A stretch of 64,000 nucleotides of DNA, from NCBI GenBank assembly GCA_038087875.1, contig CM075995.1, forward strand, positions 7,876,001 to 7,940,000, in the 5' to 3' direction. Below the pieces are notes generated by a model that was not told the origin of the DNA, did not search any database, and saw nothing but the letters and a program-made list of their open reading frames with translations. Positions 43,901-58,900 of this stretch are shown piece by piece; the stretch's first letter is position 1; the number at the start of each line of letters is the position of its first letter. The stretch comes from Malacoraja senta. Lineage: Eukaryota. The position numbers and the translations under genes were made by a program.

Positions 43901-46900
43901 CGCCGGACTGGACCAGAGGATTTTTCCCATCGATGAAAAATCAAAGATATTAATGATTCAAAAAAAATTGCCATTCTCTCAGCTGCCACTGCTGGTGGGA
44001 GGGGGAGGGACTATAAACCCAGAAGCGGTGTGCCTCACTTAGTCTCTGCAAGATGGAGGAAGCGAGAGGGTCACGTCTCTCTGAGCTCTGAATAACACTG
44101 AACACATGTCTACTCAACTGTGAGTGCCCTTAATGTGGTTTGAAAATGAAAATATGCTTGGTTTGAAGTAAAAAGGCACTGCAAATGGTTATTTGGGGGT
44201 TTTGGATTGAAGTAAAAAGGCACTGCAAAGGGTTGTTTGGGGTTTTGGGTTGAAGTAAAAAGACACTGCAAAGGGTTGTTTGGGGGTTTTGGGTTGAAGT
44301 AAAAAGACACTGCAAAGGGTTGTTTGGGTTTTTTGGGTTGAAGTAAAAAGGCACTGCAAAGGGTTGTTTGGGGGTTTTAGGTTGAAGTAAAAAGGCACTG
44401 CAAATGGTTGTTTGGGGGGTTTGGGTTGAAATAAAAAGGCACTGCAAAGAGATGTTTGGGTTTTTTGGGTTGAAGTAAAAAGGCACTGCAAAGGGTTGTT
44501 TGGGGGGGTTTGGGTTGAAGTAAAAAGGCACGGCAAAGGGTTGTTTGGGGGCTTTGGGTTGAAGTAAAAAGGCACTGCAAAGGGTTGCTTGGGGGTTTTG
44601 GGTTGAAGTAAAAAGGCACTGCAAAGGGTTGTTTGGGGGTTTTAGGTTGAAGTAAAAAGGCACTGCAAATGGTTGTTTGGCGGTTTTGGGTTGAAGAAAA
44701 AGGGCACTGCAAATGGTTGTTTGGGGGGTTTTGGGTTGAAGTAAAAAGGCACTGCAAATGGTTGTTTGTGGATTTTGCGTTGAAGTAAAAAGGCAATGCA
44801 AATCGTTATTTGGGGGTTCTGGGTTGAAGTAAAAAGGCACTGCAAAGGGTTGTTTGGGGATTTGGGTTGAAGTAAAAAGCCACTGCAAAGGGTTGTTTGG
44901 GGGGTTTAGGTTGAAGTAAAAAGCCACTGCAAAGGGTTGTTTGGGGGTTTTGGGTTGAAGTAAAAAGGCACTGCAAAGGGTTGTTTGGGGGTTCTGGGTT
45001 GAAGTAAAAAGGCACTGCAAAGGTTGTTTGGGGGGTTTTGGGTTGAAGTAAAAAGGCACTGCAAATGGTTGTTTGTCTAAACTTGACAACTTCCTGTTTG
45101 CACTATATTGATTTTAGATACCACTTACGGCTGTGATTTTTGGCCATCTTACTCAGTCCCCCTCCCCTCAACAGGTGCAGAGGATTCTTCCCATCAGTGA
45201 AAAATAAAAGTGTTATTAGTGTTTAAAAAATGTTGAGAATCTCTCTCCTGTCAATCACGCCATGAAGGCCACACCTTTTCCGGTGGGAGGAGGAGGGATT
45301 ATAAAACCCGGAAGTGTGGGTGTGGCTCAGTCTCTGCATGATGGGGGAGGGAGAGGTCACGACTCTGTCTGAGCTGTAAATCAACTGAACACACTGAATG
45401 TCTACTGAACTGTGAGTGTGGTGTTTTGTGTGGTTTTATGGTGGTTTCACTCGGCTTGAAATGGTATGAAATTGCATTTGAATGTGGTGACCTTGCACCC
45501 TGCATGAAATGGTATGAAACTGCATTTGAATGTGGTGTCATTGCACCCTGCATGAAATGGTATGAAACTGCATTTGAATTTGGTGGCCTTGCATCCTCCT
45601 TGAAATGGTATGAAACTGCACTTGAATTTGGTTGCCTTGCACCCTGCTTGAAGTGGTATGAAACTGCATTTGAATTTGGTGGCCTTGCACCCTGCATGAA
45701 ATGGTATGAAACTGCATTTGAATTTGGTGGCCTTGCACCCCCCTTGAAATGGTATGAAACTGCACTTGAATTTGGTGGCCTTGCACCCTGCTTGAAGTGG
45801 TATGAAACTGCACTTGAATTTGGTGGCCTTGCACCCTGCTTGAAGTGGTTGGAAACTGCACTTGAATTCGGTGGCCTTGCACCCTGCTTGAAGTGGTAGG
45901 AAACTGAACCTGAATTTGGCGGCCTTGCACCCTGCTTGAAGTGGTAGGAAACCGAACCTGAATTTGGTGGCCTTGCACCCTGCTTGAAGTGGTAGGAAAC
46001 TGAACCTGAATTTGGTGGCCTTGCACCCTGCTTGAAGTGGTATGAAACTGCATTTGAATTTGGTGGCCTTGCACCCTGCTCGAAGAGGTAAGAAACTGCA
46101 CTTGAATTTGGTGGCCTTGCACCCTGCTTGAAATGGTAGGAAAATGGATTTGAATTTGGTGGCCTTGCACTCTGCTTGAAATGGAATTTCAAGGAATAAC
46201 TGCGAGTCGACTGCCAGCCCACCAGCCATGAGTGAGCAGCCACCCCAAGAATCCATTTGGCCCACAATGTCCATACTAGCCCTCTGGAGACCAGTAGTCC
46301 CTGCAGCCAACAACACCCATACCAGCGCTCCAGAAAGCCCCCCCCCCCACTGGCCACCAATATTGGAATTGGTGGAGAGGTGGAATATTGCATCGGGGGA
46401 CCAGCCCTCCCATGTGAACATGGGACCCAACGGGTCCCACTTAGTCTAGTCTTTTCTGAAACCTTTCAAGCTTGACAATATCTTTCCTATAACACGGTGC
46501 CCTAAACTGAACACAATATTCTAAATGCGGTCTCACCAACGTATAATACAACTGCAACATGACCTCCCAACTTCTATACTCAATACTCTGACTGATGAAG
46601 GCCAAAGTACCAAAAGCCATTTTGACCACCTTATCTACCTGCGACTCGACCTTCAAGGAACCATGCACTTGTACTCCTAGATCCCTCTGCTCCACAACAC
46701 TACCCAGAGGCCTACCATTTACTGTGTAGGTTCTGCCCTTGTTCGACATCCCAAAATGCAACACCACACACTTCTCTGTATTAAATTCCATCAATCATTC
46801 ATCCGCCCACCTGGCCAATCGATCCAGATCCTGCTGCAATCGTTCACAACCATCTTCACTATCTGCAAAACCACTAACTTTTGAATCATCAGCAAACTTG

Positions 46901-49900
46901 CTAATCTTGCCCTGTGTGTTCTCATCCAAATCATTGATGTAGTTGACAAACAGTAAAGTGGCCAACACCGAACCCTGAGGTACACCACTAGTCACAGGCC
47001 TCCAGTCCGAGAACCATTACCCTCTGCTTCCTTCCATGGAGCCAATTTGCTATCCATTCACCTATCTCTCCTTGGATACCTTGCGATCTAACCTTACAGT
47101 GCAGCCTACCATGCGGAACCTTGTCGAACGCCTCACTAGAGTCCATGTACACAACATCTACAGCTTTGCCCTCATCAACGTTTTTGGTCACGTCCTCAAA
47201 AAAAAATCTATCAGATTTGCGAGACACGACCTCCCACGTACAAAACCATGCTGACTGTCCCTAATCAGCCCTTGCCCATCCACATGCCTGTATAACCTAT
47301 CCCTTAGAATACTCTCCAGTAAATTACCAACTACAGATGTTAAGCTTACCGGCCTATAGTTCCCAGCATTTTCCCTGCAGCCCTTCTTGAAAAGAGGCAC
47401 AACATTTGCCACCCTCCAGCACCTCTCCTGTATTTAAGGACGACTCGTAAATTTCAACCAGGGCTCCCGCAATTTCCTCTCTAGTTTCCCACAATGTCCT
47501 CGGATATATCTGATCAGACCCTGGAGATTTGTCTGCCTTCAAACATGACAGTACCTTCAGTACTTCTTCGAAGGTAACACTGACTGCTCTCAAGACACTT
47601 CCAGCGACTGCTCCAATTTCCTCCGTCCTACTGTCTTTCTCCTCGGTAAATACAGAGGAGAAATACTCATTTAGGATCTTGCCCATCTCCTGTGGCCCCA
47701 CACAGAGATTCCTGAGAGGTCCCACTCTCTCTCTGGTTACCTTTTTTCCCACATGTATATATAAAATCTTTTGGGATTGTCCTTAATGCTACCCGCCAGA
47801 GCTATCTCCTGGCCCCTTTTTGCCCTTCTGATTTCCTTTTTCAGTTTACTCTTTAGTTTCCGAAACTCCTCCAGGGATGCACTTGATCCCAGCTGCCTGT
47901 ACCTGTCCCATGCATCCTTCTTGTTTTTGACTAACTTTCGCTCGTTATCCAAGCTTCCTTACGTTTGCCTGCTTTGCCCTTCACTCAAACGGGGACGTAC
48001 ACATCATGAGCTTTCGTCAGCACACTTCTAAAAACATCCCACTTGGCCGATGTTCCTTTCCCCTCAAATTGAGCGAGACCTTCTCTCATACTCTCAAAGT
48101 TGGCCTTATCCCAGTTGAGCATTTTAACAGGTGGACCCTCTCCGTCCCTATCCATAACTGTCTTAAACCTAATCGAACTGTGGTCACTGGTCCCACAAGG
48201 CTCCTCCACAAATACTTCATTAACTTGCCCTTCCCAATTTCCCAATACCAGATCAAGCATTGCCTTCTCACGTGTGGGGGTCTCTACATACTGCTTAAGA
48301 AAACTCTCCTGAACACTTTTGAGGAATTGCACCCCATCTAAACCCTTCACACTATGGTTTTCCCAGTCTATATTGGGAAAGTTAAAATCCCCCACTACAA
48401 CAACCTTATTTGACCTGCAGCTGTCTGCAATCTTCCGGCACATCTGTTCTTCTAATTCCCGTTGACTATTCGGGGGTCTGCAGTACACCCCCAACACGAT
48501 GATCAACCTTTTCTTGTTCCTCAGCTCCACCCATATAGCCTCACTAGACGAACCATCTGTAATGTCACCTCTGAACACAGTCGTGACATCCTCCTTAACA
48601 ACAATGCAACCCCTCCCCTCCTCTTTTTCCCTCACCCCTGACTCTCCTGAAGCTCCTGTACATTGAGCTGCCAGTCCTGCCCTTCCCTTAACCAGGTTTC
48701 AGTCATGGCTACAACGTCCCAGTCGCTCGTACCTATCCATGCCCTAAGCTCATCTGCCTTACCCGTCAGGCCCCTTGCATTAAAATACGTGCAGATTAAA
48801 CCAACCCTCCTTCCTCGCTCTCCGCCTTTCACCTGCCTATGCTGTCCACTACCCTTTCCCACACCACCCTCCATACCAACTTCTAGCCTCTCACGTGCCT
48901 CTGTCCTGCACGAGATCCCACCCATTTGAACTGGGGCTGCTTCACAGCTTGGTTTGGGAACAGCTCCATCCAAGACCCCAAGAAATTACAGAGAATTGTG
49001 GACGCAGCCCAGACCATCACACAAACCAACCTCCCTTGCATTGACTCCATCTACATTTCACGCTGCCTCGGCAAGACCAGCAGCATAATCAAGGACGAAT
49101 CTCACCCTGGACTCTCCCTCTTCTCCCATCGGGCACGAAGTACAGAAGCGTGAAATCGCACACCTTCAGATTCAGGGACAGTTTCTTCCCAGCTGTTATC
49201 AGGCAATTGAACCATCCTATCAACAACCAGAGAGCAGTCCTGACCTACCATCTCCTTCATTGGAGACCCTTGGACTATCTTTCCTCGGGCTTTACCTTGC
49301 ATTAAACGTTATTCCCTTTATCCTGCATCTGTACATTGTGGACGGCTTGATTGTAATCATGAATAGTCTTTCCACTAACTGGATAGCATGCAACAAATAA
49401 GTTTTGCACTGTATCTCAGTACACGTGACAGTAAAATAAACGAAACTATTAGAGATAGTCCCTGTATCTAATTATTCCTTCCACGTTTCCTCGCTCCCAC
49501 TGAAAACTAACTTGATTTATTTCCTTTTGACTTTAGAGATACAGCACGGAAACAAGCCCTCAGGCCCACCGAGTCCACGCCGACCAGTGATCCCCGTACA
49601 CTAGCACTATTCTACACACTAGGGACGATGTACAATTTTACTGAAGCTAATTAACCAACAAACCTCTACGTCTCTGGAGGAAACCGGAGCACCTGGCGAA
49701 AACCCACGCGGTCACAGGGAGAACGTACAAACGTACAAACTCCGTACAGACAGCACCTGTAGTCAGGATTGAACCCGGGTCTCTGGTGCTGTAAGGCAGC
49801 AACTCTACCGCTGCGCCACCGGGCCGCCCTTTTTCTCATCTGCAATTATATTGTAAGGTCCCGTATCAGAATTGTTTCTCATTCCGCAGATGCTACCTGC

Positions 49901-52900
49901 TGACTATTTGTCTGAAGGTCCTGACCCGAAACGTCACCCGTTCATGTTTTCCAGAGATGCTGCCTGACCTGCCGAGTTACTCCAGCACTTTGTGTCCTTT
50001 TTAAAAAAAAAAAAAACAGCATCTGCAGTTCCTTGTTTCTACTGATTATTTCCATCATATTCTCATCTATTTCAGAGCTGCGGCCTCACAGCGCCAGTGA
50101 CCCGGGTTCGATCCCGACTACGAGTGCTGTCTGTACGAAGTTTATGCGTTCTCCCTTTTTTCCCCAGGATTTACAATTTCCTCCCACATGAAGGACTGGT
50201 GCAGAGGGCAGGGATTCAAATTTCTGGATCATTGGGACCTCTTTTGTGGAAGGTGCGACCTGTACAAAAAGGATGGGTTGCACTTGAACCTGAGGGGGAC
50301 CGATATCCTGGCGGGGAGATCTGCAAAGGCTACTGGGGAGACTTTAAACTAGAATGGTTGGGGGGAGGGACTCAAATAGAGAAAGCTATTAGACAGTGTG
50401 TGAGGCAGGAGGCAGAGAAGGAAAGCACTCAGATCCAACATGTAGGGGGAAAGAAGAAAACAATAATAAACAGAGAATAAGAGGTGGTGGGGTTCTTAAA
50501 TGGGTGAGCAGAGAAACAGAGGGGTGTAAAATGCGGCGGAAGCAATAGGTAGCAAGGTGAAAAGTAAAAGTGGCAGGCAGACAAATCCAGGGCAAAAATC
50601 AAAAAGGGCCACTTTTCAACATAATTGTATAAGGGGTAAGAGCGTTGTAAAAACAAGCCTGAAGGCTTTGTGTCTCAATGCAAGGAGCATTCGTAATAAG
50701 GTGGATGAGTTGAATGTGCAGATCGCTATTAATGATTATGATATAGTTGGGATCACGGAGACATGGCTCCAGGGTGACCAAGGCTGGGAGCTGAACATCC
50801 AGGGATATTCAATATTCAGGAGGGATCGAGAGAAAGGAAAAGGAGGTGGGGTAGCGTTGCTGGTTAGAGAGGAGATTAACGCAGTGGAAAGGAAGGACAT
50901 TAGCTTGGAGGATGTGGAATCGGTATGGGTAGAGCTGCGAAACACTAAGGGGCAGAAAACGCTGGTGGGTGTTGTGTACAGGCCACCTAGCAGTAGTAGT
51001 GAAGTTGGGGATGGCATCAAACAGGAAATTAGAAATGCGTGCAACAAAGGCAAAACAGTTATAATGGGTGACTTCAATCTACATATAGATTGGGTGAATC
51101 AAATTGGCAGGGGTGCTGAGGAAGAGGATTTCTTGGAATGTATGCGGGATAGTTATCTAAACCAACATGTAGAGGAACCAACGAGAGAGCAGGCTATTCT
51201 AGACTGGGTATTGAGTAATGAGGAAGGGTTAGTTAGCAGTCTTGTTGTGCGTGCCCCCTTGGGCAAGAGTGACCATAATATGGTTGAGTTCTTCATTTGG
51301 ATGGAGAGTGACATTGTTAATTCAGAAACAACGGTTCTGAACTTAAAGAAAGGTAACTTTGAGGGTATGAGACGTGAATTGGTCAAGATTGACTGGCAAT
51401 TAGTTCTAAAAGGGTTGACGGTGGATATGCAATGGAAGGCATTTAAAGACTGCATGGATGAACTACAAAAATTGTTCATCCCAGTTTGGCAAAAGAATAA
51501 ATCAGGGAAGGTAGTGCATCCGTGGATAACAAGGAAAATCAGGGATAGTATCAAAGCAAAAGATGATGCGTATAAATTAGCCAGAAAAAGCAGCATACCA
51601 GAGGGCTGGGAGAAATTCAGAGACATGCAGAGGAGGACAAAGGGCTTAATTAGGAAAGGGAAAATAGATTATGAAAGAAAACTGGCAGGGAACATAAAAA
51701 CTGACTGCAAAAGTTTTTATAGATATGTGAAGAGAAAGAGATTAGTTAAAACAAATGTAGGTCCCTTGCAGTCAGAAACAGGTGAATTGATCATGGGGAA
51801 CAAGGATATGGCGGACCAATTGAATAACTACTTTGGTTCCGTCTTCACTAAGGAAGACATAAATAATCTGCTGGAAATAGCAGGGGACCGCGGGTCAAAG
51901 GAGATGGAGGAACTGAGTGAAATCCAGGTTAGTCGGGAAGTGGTGTTGGGTAAATTGAATGGATTAAAGGCCGATAAATCACCAGGGCCAGATAGGCTGC
52001 ATCCCAGAGTACTTAAGGAAGTAGCTCCAGAAATAGTGGATGCATTAGTGATAATTTTTCAAAACTCTTTAGATTCTGGAGTAGTTCCTGAGGATTGGAG
52101 GGTAGCAAACGTAACCCCACTTTTTAAGAAGGGAGGGAGAGAGAAAACGGGGAATTATAGACCAGTTAGTCTAACATCGGTAGTGGGGAAACTGCTAGAG
52201 TCAGTTATTAAAGATGTGATAGCAGCACATTTGGAAAGTGGTGAAATCATTGGACAAGGTCAGCATGGATTTACGAAAGGTAAATCATGTCTGACGAAAC
52301 TTATAGAATTTTTCGAGGATGTAACTAGTAGAGTGGATAGGGGAGAACCAGTGGATGTGTTGTATCTGGACTTTCAGAAGGCTTTCGACAAGGTCCCACA
52401 TAAGAGATTAGTATACAAACTTAAAGCACACGGTATTGGGGGTTCAGTATTGATGTGGATAGAGAACTTTCTGGCAAACAGGAAGCAAAGAGTAGGAGTA
52501 AACGGGTCCTTTTCATAATGGCAGGCAGTGACTAGTGGGGTACCGCAAGGCTCAGTGCTGGGACCCCAGCTATTTACAATTTATATTAATGACCTGGATG
52601 AGGGAATTGAAGGCAACATCTCCAAGTTTGCGGATGACACTAAGCTGGGGGGCAGTGTTAGCTGTGAGGAGGATGCTAGGAGACTGCAAGGTGACTTGGA
52701 TAGGTTGGGTGAGTGGGCAAATGTTTGGCAGATGCAGTATAATGTGGATAATTGTGAGGTTATCCACTTTGGTGGCAAAAAACAGGAAAGCAGACTATTA
52801 TCTAAACGGTGGCCGATTAGGAAAAGGGGAGATGCAGCGAGACCTGGGTGTCATGGTACACGAGTCATTGAAAGTAGGCATGCAGGTGCAGCAGGCAGTG

Positions 52901-55900
52901 AAGAAAGCGAATGGTATGTTAGCTTTCATAGCAAAAGGATTTGAGTATAGGAGCAGGGAGGTTCTACTGCAGTTGTACAGGGTCTTGGTGAGACCACACC
53001 TGGAGTATTGCGTACAGTTTTGGTCTCCAAATCTGAGGAAGGACATTATGGCCATAGAGGGAGTGCAGAGAAGGTTCACCAGACTGATTCCTGGGATGTC
53101 AGTACTTTCCTATGAAGAAAGACTGGATAGACTTGGTTATACACGCTAGAATTTAGGAGATTGAGAGGGGATTTTATAGAAACGTACAAAATTCTTATGG
53201 GGTTGGACAGGCTAGATGCAGGAAGATTGTTCCCGATGTTGGGGAAGTCCAGGACAAGGGGTCACAGCTTAAGGATAAGGGGGAAATCCTTTAAGACCGA
53301 GATGAGAAAAAACTTTTTCACACAGAGAGTGGTGAATCTCTGGAACTCTCTGCCGCAGAGGGTAGTTGAGGCCAGTTCATTGGCTATATTTAAGAGGTAG
53401 TTAGATGGGCGGATGAGCTCCTAGCGAGCAGACGGCCATCCACACTTCAGTAAAAGTTGCGATCACTGTCGTACAATAGCATTGTAAGCAGTGAAGAGAA
53501 ACATGAAATGTACTTCTTCCCTCTCCTTGCTTCTCAAAAGAGAAGTTGTTGATTAATTAATTTTGTATTCTACACCTACCTCGAGAAATATTGATCAGAG
53601 TAGCGGAGGGCTTCATTTGGCAAAGTTCTTTTTCCCCGATAAGTTTGCAGGTTTGAGGAGTCAGATTTACCACCACCATCACGAAGTCAGACTCCTGGAG
53701 GAGATCACCAATCTTCACACAGTAGCGTGCACCGACCAACTTCTCCTCCTCCTCTGGTCTAAACACAGATAAAAACACTGGAATTCAGAAGGATGAGAGG
53801 ATATCTTATAGAAACATTATAAAATTCTTAAAGGATCGTTCAGGCTAGGTGCAGGAACATTTTTCTCTATGCTGGGGAGTCCAGAACCAGGGGTCACACA
53901 GTTTAAGAATAAGGGGTAGGCCATTTAGGACAGAGATGAGGAAAAACGTTTTCACCCAGAGAGTTGCGAATCTGTGGAAGGCAGTGGAGGCCAATTCATT
54001 GGATGTTTTCAAGAGAGAGTTAGATTTAGCTCTTAGGGCTAAAGGAATCAAGGGATATGGGGAGAATGCAGGAACTGGGTACTGATTTCAGATGATCAGC
54101 CATGATCATATTGAATGGCGGTGCTGGCTCGAAGGGCCGAATGGCCTACTCTGGCACCTGTTTTTTTGTTGCTAAGTGTATCTGATACAGTGTATCTGAG
54201 CAACCAAACAAAGAGAATAAAAAAGGCAAAAAGTGCTGGAGTAGCACAGTGGCGCAGTGTTGATGGGACTTGTTGGTTGGCATGGGCAAGTTGAGCCAAA
54301 GGGCCTGTTTCCACACTGTACGACTATGAGTTCTTGGGAATCTTATTGGAACATATAAGATTATTAAGGATTTGGACACGCTAGAGGCAGAAATATGTTA
54401 CCGCTGTTGAGGGAGTCCAGAACCAGGGGCTTGAGTTTAAGAATAAGGGGTAAGCCATTTAGAACGGAGATGATGAAAAACTTTTTCACACAGAGTTGTG
54501 GGTCGATGGAATTCTCTGCCTCAGAGGGCGGTGGAGGCTGGTTCTCTGGATGTTTTCAAGAGAGCTCGACAGACCTCTTAAAGATAGCGGAGTCAGGGGA
54601 TATGGGGAGAAGGCAGGAACCGGGTACTGATTGTGGATGATCAGCCATGATCACATTGAATGGCGGTGCTGGCTCGAGGGGTCGAATGGCCTACTCTTAT
54701 TGTCTTTTGACACATGTAAGCATTATTATTTGTTAAGTTTCAATGAGGTTCCCCCTCATCCTTCTAAACTCCACGAGTAGAGGCCCAGTGCTGTCAAACG
54801 TTCATCGTACGTTAGGGGAGATATATTTCACCGCTGCCCGACATAAAAAAACTCAAGAGCGACGATAATATAAATTGTGCTCCCCAGTATGTTCTGACCA
54901 CAATATGTCTATATGCATCGAAATACATTGATGAAATAATACTAGATAGACACAAAATGCTGGAGTAACTGAGCGGGACAGGCAGCATCTCTCGAGAGAA
55001 GGAATGGGTGACGTTTCGGGTCGAGACCCTTCTTCACTCTGAAAGTCACAAGAAAGGGAAGTGAGAGATATAGAGTGATGTAGAGAGATATAGAACAAAT
55101 GAATGAAATGTGCAAAAAAAGGTGCCATGATAAAGGAAACAGGCCATTGTTGGCCGTCTGTGAGAACGGGCAAAATGTGGGTGCGCGCACACGCACACAC
55201 ACACACACACACACACCACCACCACCACCACCACCACCTACCTACCTCTCCAAGAACAACGGGTGATTATGTGTCAAACTAGCCATCCTCCTTGATACCA
55301 CAATGGCATCAGTTATGTGTCCTATCAGACCAACCTAGTCTGGGATATCTCTGGGAAAGCAAAGCTTATCTCACTGACCTCGCAAGTGGCCTCATGATCC
55401 ACTGGATCTTTGCAATTAGCCTGAGCATTGTTCCAAAACATCTACTTGTTTTCCTAAACAGGGTTCGAGATGCATGGCTGCTAATTTAACCGACAACTCC
55501 ATTTTAGCTCAGTCTGTTTAACCCTTACGATACGATAGAACTTTTATTTATCCCAGGAGGGATATTGATCTGCCAACAGTCATAAAACACAACATACATG
55601 AAACATGACAAATGGAAAGTATTGGGGACATGCAAAGTTTAGGGAAGGGAGGGGGAGGGAAGTCAGTCTCAGTCTACCCCACGACAGAAGGGGGAGGAGT
55701 TGTACATTTTGATAGCCACAGGAAGAAGGATCTCTGTGGCGTTCTGTGCTGCATCTTGGTGGAACCAGTCTGTTGCTGAAGGTGCTCCTCAGGTTGACCA
55801 GTGTGTCATGGAGCGGGTGAGCTGTACTGTCCAGGATGCTCCGCAGTTTGAGGAGCATCCTCCCCTGTAAGACCACCTCCCATGAATCCAACTCCACCCC

Positions 55901-58900
55901 CAGGACGGAGCCAGACTTCCTGATGGGTTACATTGCAGCAAGTGAACCTCGGCCCAACGTGAAAGGACTGTCGGGGTCCCTGGTCAGTGTCAAGGGAGGG
56001 AGTGTTGGGACAAAACTACTCAGTAATCCTACCTCCTATTCCTGTTGTGGTACAGGATTTTCATATCAAATCCTCTGGCTCTCTGAGCAACTTTGTAACC
56101 GATCCTTCCCATTCCAATGATGCCAAGAGTCGCTCCGGTCACTTCCACTCCATTCACGTTGATCGGAAACACTGTAATATTTGGTAACGTTGCAATCCTG
56201 TAACCTAACAGTTCAAAAAAAACCATCAAGGCGAAGGGGAAAAAATTTAATAGGAATCTGATGGGTAACTTTTTCCACACAAAGGGTGGTGGGTGTATGG
56301 AACAAGCAGCCAGAGGAGGTAGTTGAGGCTGGGAATATCCAAACATTTAAGAAGCAATTAGACAGGTACATGGATAGGACATGTTTGGAGGGATATGGAC
56401 CAAACGCTGGCAGGTGGGACTAGTGTAGCTGGGACATGTGGGCAAGTTGGGCCAAAGGGCCTGTTTCCACACTCAATGAGTCTATGGCTCTATGAGGAAA
56501 GTTGAATCCTGTCTCAGAGCGTCTAGTGAATGCAAGGGACAAATATCATAATTGTGTTCTCTTTGAAATTTCGAGAGTGGGATTATGAGTATTGTGTCCG
56601 GTTTTGGGCACTATGTTCAAAGAGTCATAGTGCATGGAAACTGGCCCTTCAGCCCAAATTGCCCACACCAACCAACATGTCCTACCGACACTAGTCCCAC
56701 TTGCCTGCCGATAACTCACTAAACCCGTCCTATCCATGTCACTGTCCAAATTCTTCTTGAATGTTGCGATTGTACCTGCAGATAGTTCTCTGTCAGAAGA
56801 AATTTCAGCATCAAATCACTTCTGTAAGGTCTCCCCTCATCCTCCTGCGCTCCAAGGAATAGAGTCCAAGCCTGTTCAACCTCTCCCTATAGCTCAGGCC
56901 TTTGAATCCTGGCAACATCCTCGTAAGTCTTCTCTACATCTGTGTTTATACAAAGCCCCCCCCCATTTCAGGGCACCATAATGTTTGGGACACATTTTTA
57001 GCCAAGAAGTACTTAAAAGAGCAACCACAGTTCTGGAAAAAGGTCTTGTGGACAGATGAGATGAAGATAAACTTATATCAGAGTGATGGCAAGAGCAAAG
57101 TATGGAGGAGAGAAGGAACTGCTCAAGATCCAAAGCATACCACCTAATCTGTGAAACACGGTGGTGGGAGTGTTATGGCCTGGGCATGTTTGGCCGCTGA
57201 AGGTACTGGCTCACTTATCTTCATTGATGATACAACTTCTGAAGTGTTTAAACATATCCTATCTGCTCAAGTTCAAACAAATGCCTCAAAACTCATTGGC
57301 CGGCGGTTCATTCTACAGCAAGACTATGATCCCAAACATAATGCTAAAGCAATAAAGGAGTTTTTCAAAGCTAAAAAATGGTCAATACTTAAGTGGCCAA
57401 GTCAATCACCCGATCTGAACCCAATTGAGCATGCCTGAAGGGGACTAGCCCCCAAAACAAGCATAAGCTAGATATTGCTGCAATACAGGCCTGGCAGAGC
57501 ATCACCAGAGAAGACACCCAGCAACTGCATGCAAAAGATATGCAACAAAATACTAAACATGACTACTTTTATTTACTGTGTCCCAAACATTATGGTGCCC
57601 TGAAATGGGGGGACTATGTATAAACACTGCTGTAATTTCTACACGGTGAAACCAAAATGTATAAAAATGGCCTTTATTAAAATCTGACAAGGTGCACTTA
57701 AACCACATGTGATTATTTTTCTTTTACAAATCTCAAAATGTGGAGTACAGAGGCAAATAAATAAATGATGGGTCTTTGTCCCAAACATTATGGAGGGCAC
57801 TGTATAACATAGATGTTTCGTTCAGTGTAGAGATACAGCACGGAAACAGGTTCTTCAGTTCTTATTTAGGTTTATTATTGTCAGTGAGGTACAGTGAAAA
57901 GCTTTGTTCTTCATTCTTTCCAAACACAACAGATATACCATATATAAATACAATCTATTTCTAAAGCTAACTCAATGCTAGCATTTACTTCAAGAGGGCT
58001 TGTATACAAAAGTAGGGATGTAACGCTGAGGCTCTATAAGGCGCTGGTAAGGCTGCATTTGGAATATTGTGAGCAATTCTGGGCACCATACCTGAGGACG
58101 GATGTGCTGGCTCTGGAGAGGGTCCAGAGGAGGTTTACGAGAATGATCCCAGAAACGAGTAGGTTAACCCATGATGAGCGTTTGTCAGCACTGGGCCAGT
58201 ACCCGCTGGAGTTTAGAAGAATGAGGGGGAACCTCATTGAAACTAACAGAATAATGAAAGGCTTGGATAGAGTGAATGTGGAAAGGGCTGTGGAGGCCAA
58301 GTCCGTGGGTATTTCTAAGGCAGAGACAGATAGATTTTTGATTAGTACAGGCGTCATCGGTTATGGGGAGAGGGCAGGAGAATGTGATTAGGAGAGAGAG
58401 ATAGATCAGCCATGATTGAATGGTTTAGACGATGGGCCAAATGGCCTACTTCTACTCCTATCACTTATGACCCTATTTCATAAGTTCTAGGTCCATCAAG
58501 TCTACTACGCCATTCAATGATGGCAGATTTATCTTTCCCTCTCAACCCCATTCTCCTGCTGTGTCTCAAAACTAAACGGAACATCTATGTTATACGACCT
58601 CTTGAGTTCTCCTTGACACAAGACAGAAAGTTAGACATTCCCAAAATCTTCAGCCCACAGAGGCCACGCTGACCAGTGATCCCTCCGCACTAACACTATC
58701 CTAGACACACTAGGGGCAATTTACATTAAAACCAAGCCAAATCTATCTATCTATCTATCTATATTATGTTAAAACTCTGATCTTGGATGTTTATGTATTT
58801 GTTTGTTTGCTTGTGTCTTTTTCTGTGATTCACATCTCCTCGACAACCTGACGCGCTAACGGTGAAATTTTTACATATTCCGGCAGAGATTTACCTCATG

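Larger units (their letters stand above)
43788..46449 (+). mobile_element. Non-autonomous Helitron containing two minisatellite arrays
   Basis: 5' TC (tctatattaataaaag), 3' CTAG preceded by hairpin gggaccc-aac-gggtccc; inserted between A and T without TSD; the host CR1 reads through on removal (catccttgtaaa|tcttttctg). Confidence 0.9.
43590..48925 (-). mobile_element. Degenerate near full-length CR1 ORF2 (APE endonuclease + RT), interrupted by the Helitron at 43788-46449
   Basis: ORF fragments [63 protein letters not shown]. Confidence 0.9.

Noticed and set aside
44130..46430. Long repetitive ORFs (319, 364, 327 and 210 aa) suggesting a repeat protein
   Set aside because: They are translations of the 44-bp and 48-bp minisatellites, open in several frames and on both strands, inside a Helitron with no splice or domain support.
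50557..53400. Active autonomous CR1
   Set aside because: It has an in-frame stop at 52516-52518, frameshifts near 52780 and 53145, and lacks most of ORF1 and the 3' UTR.
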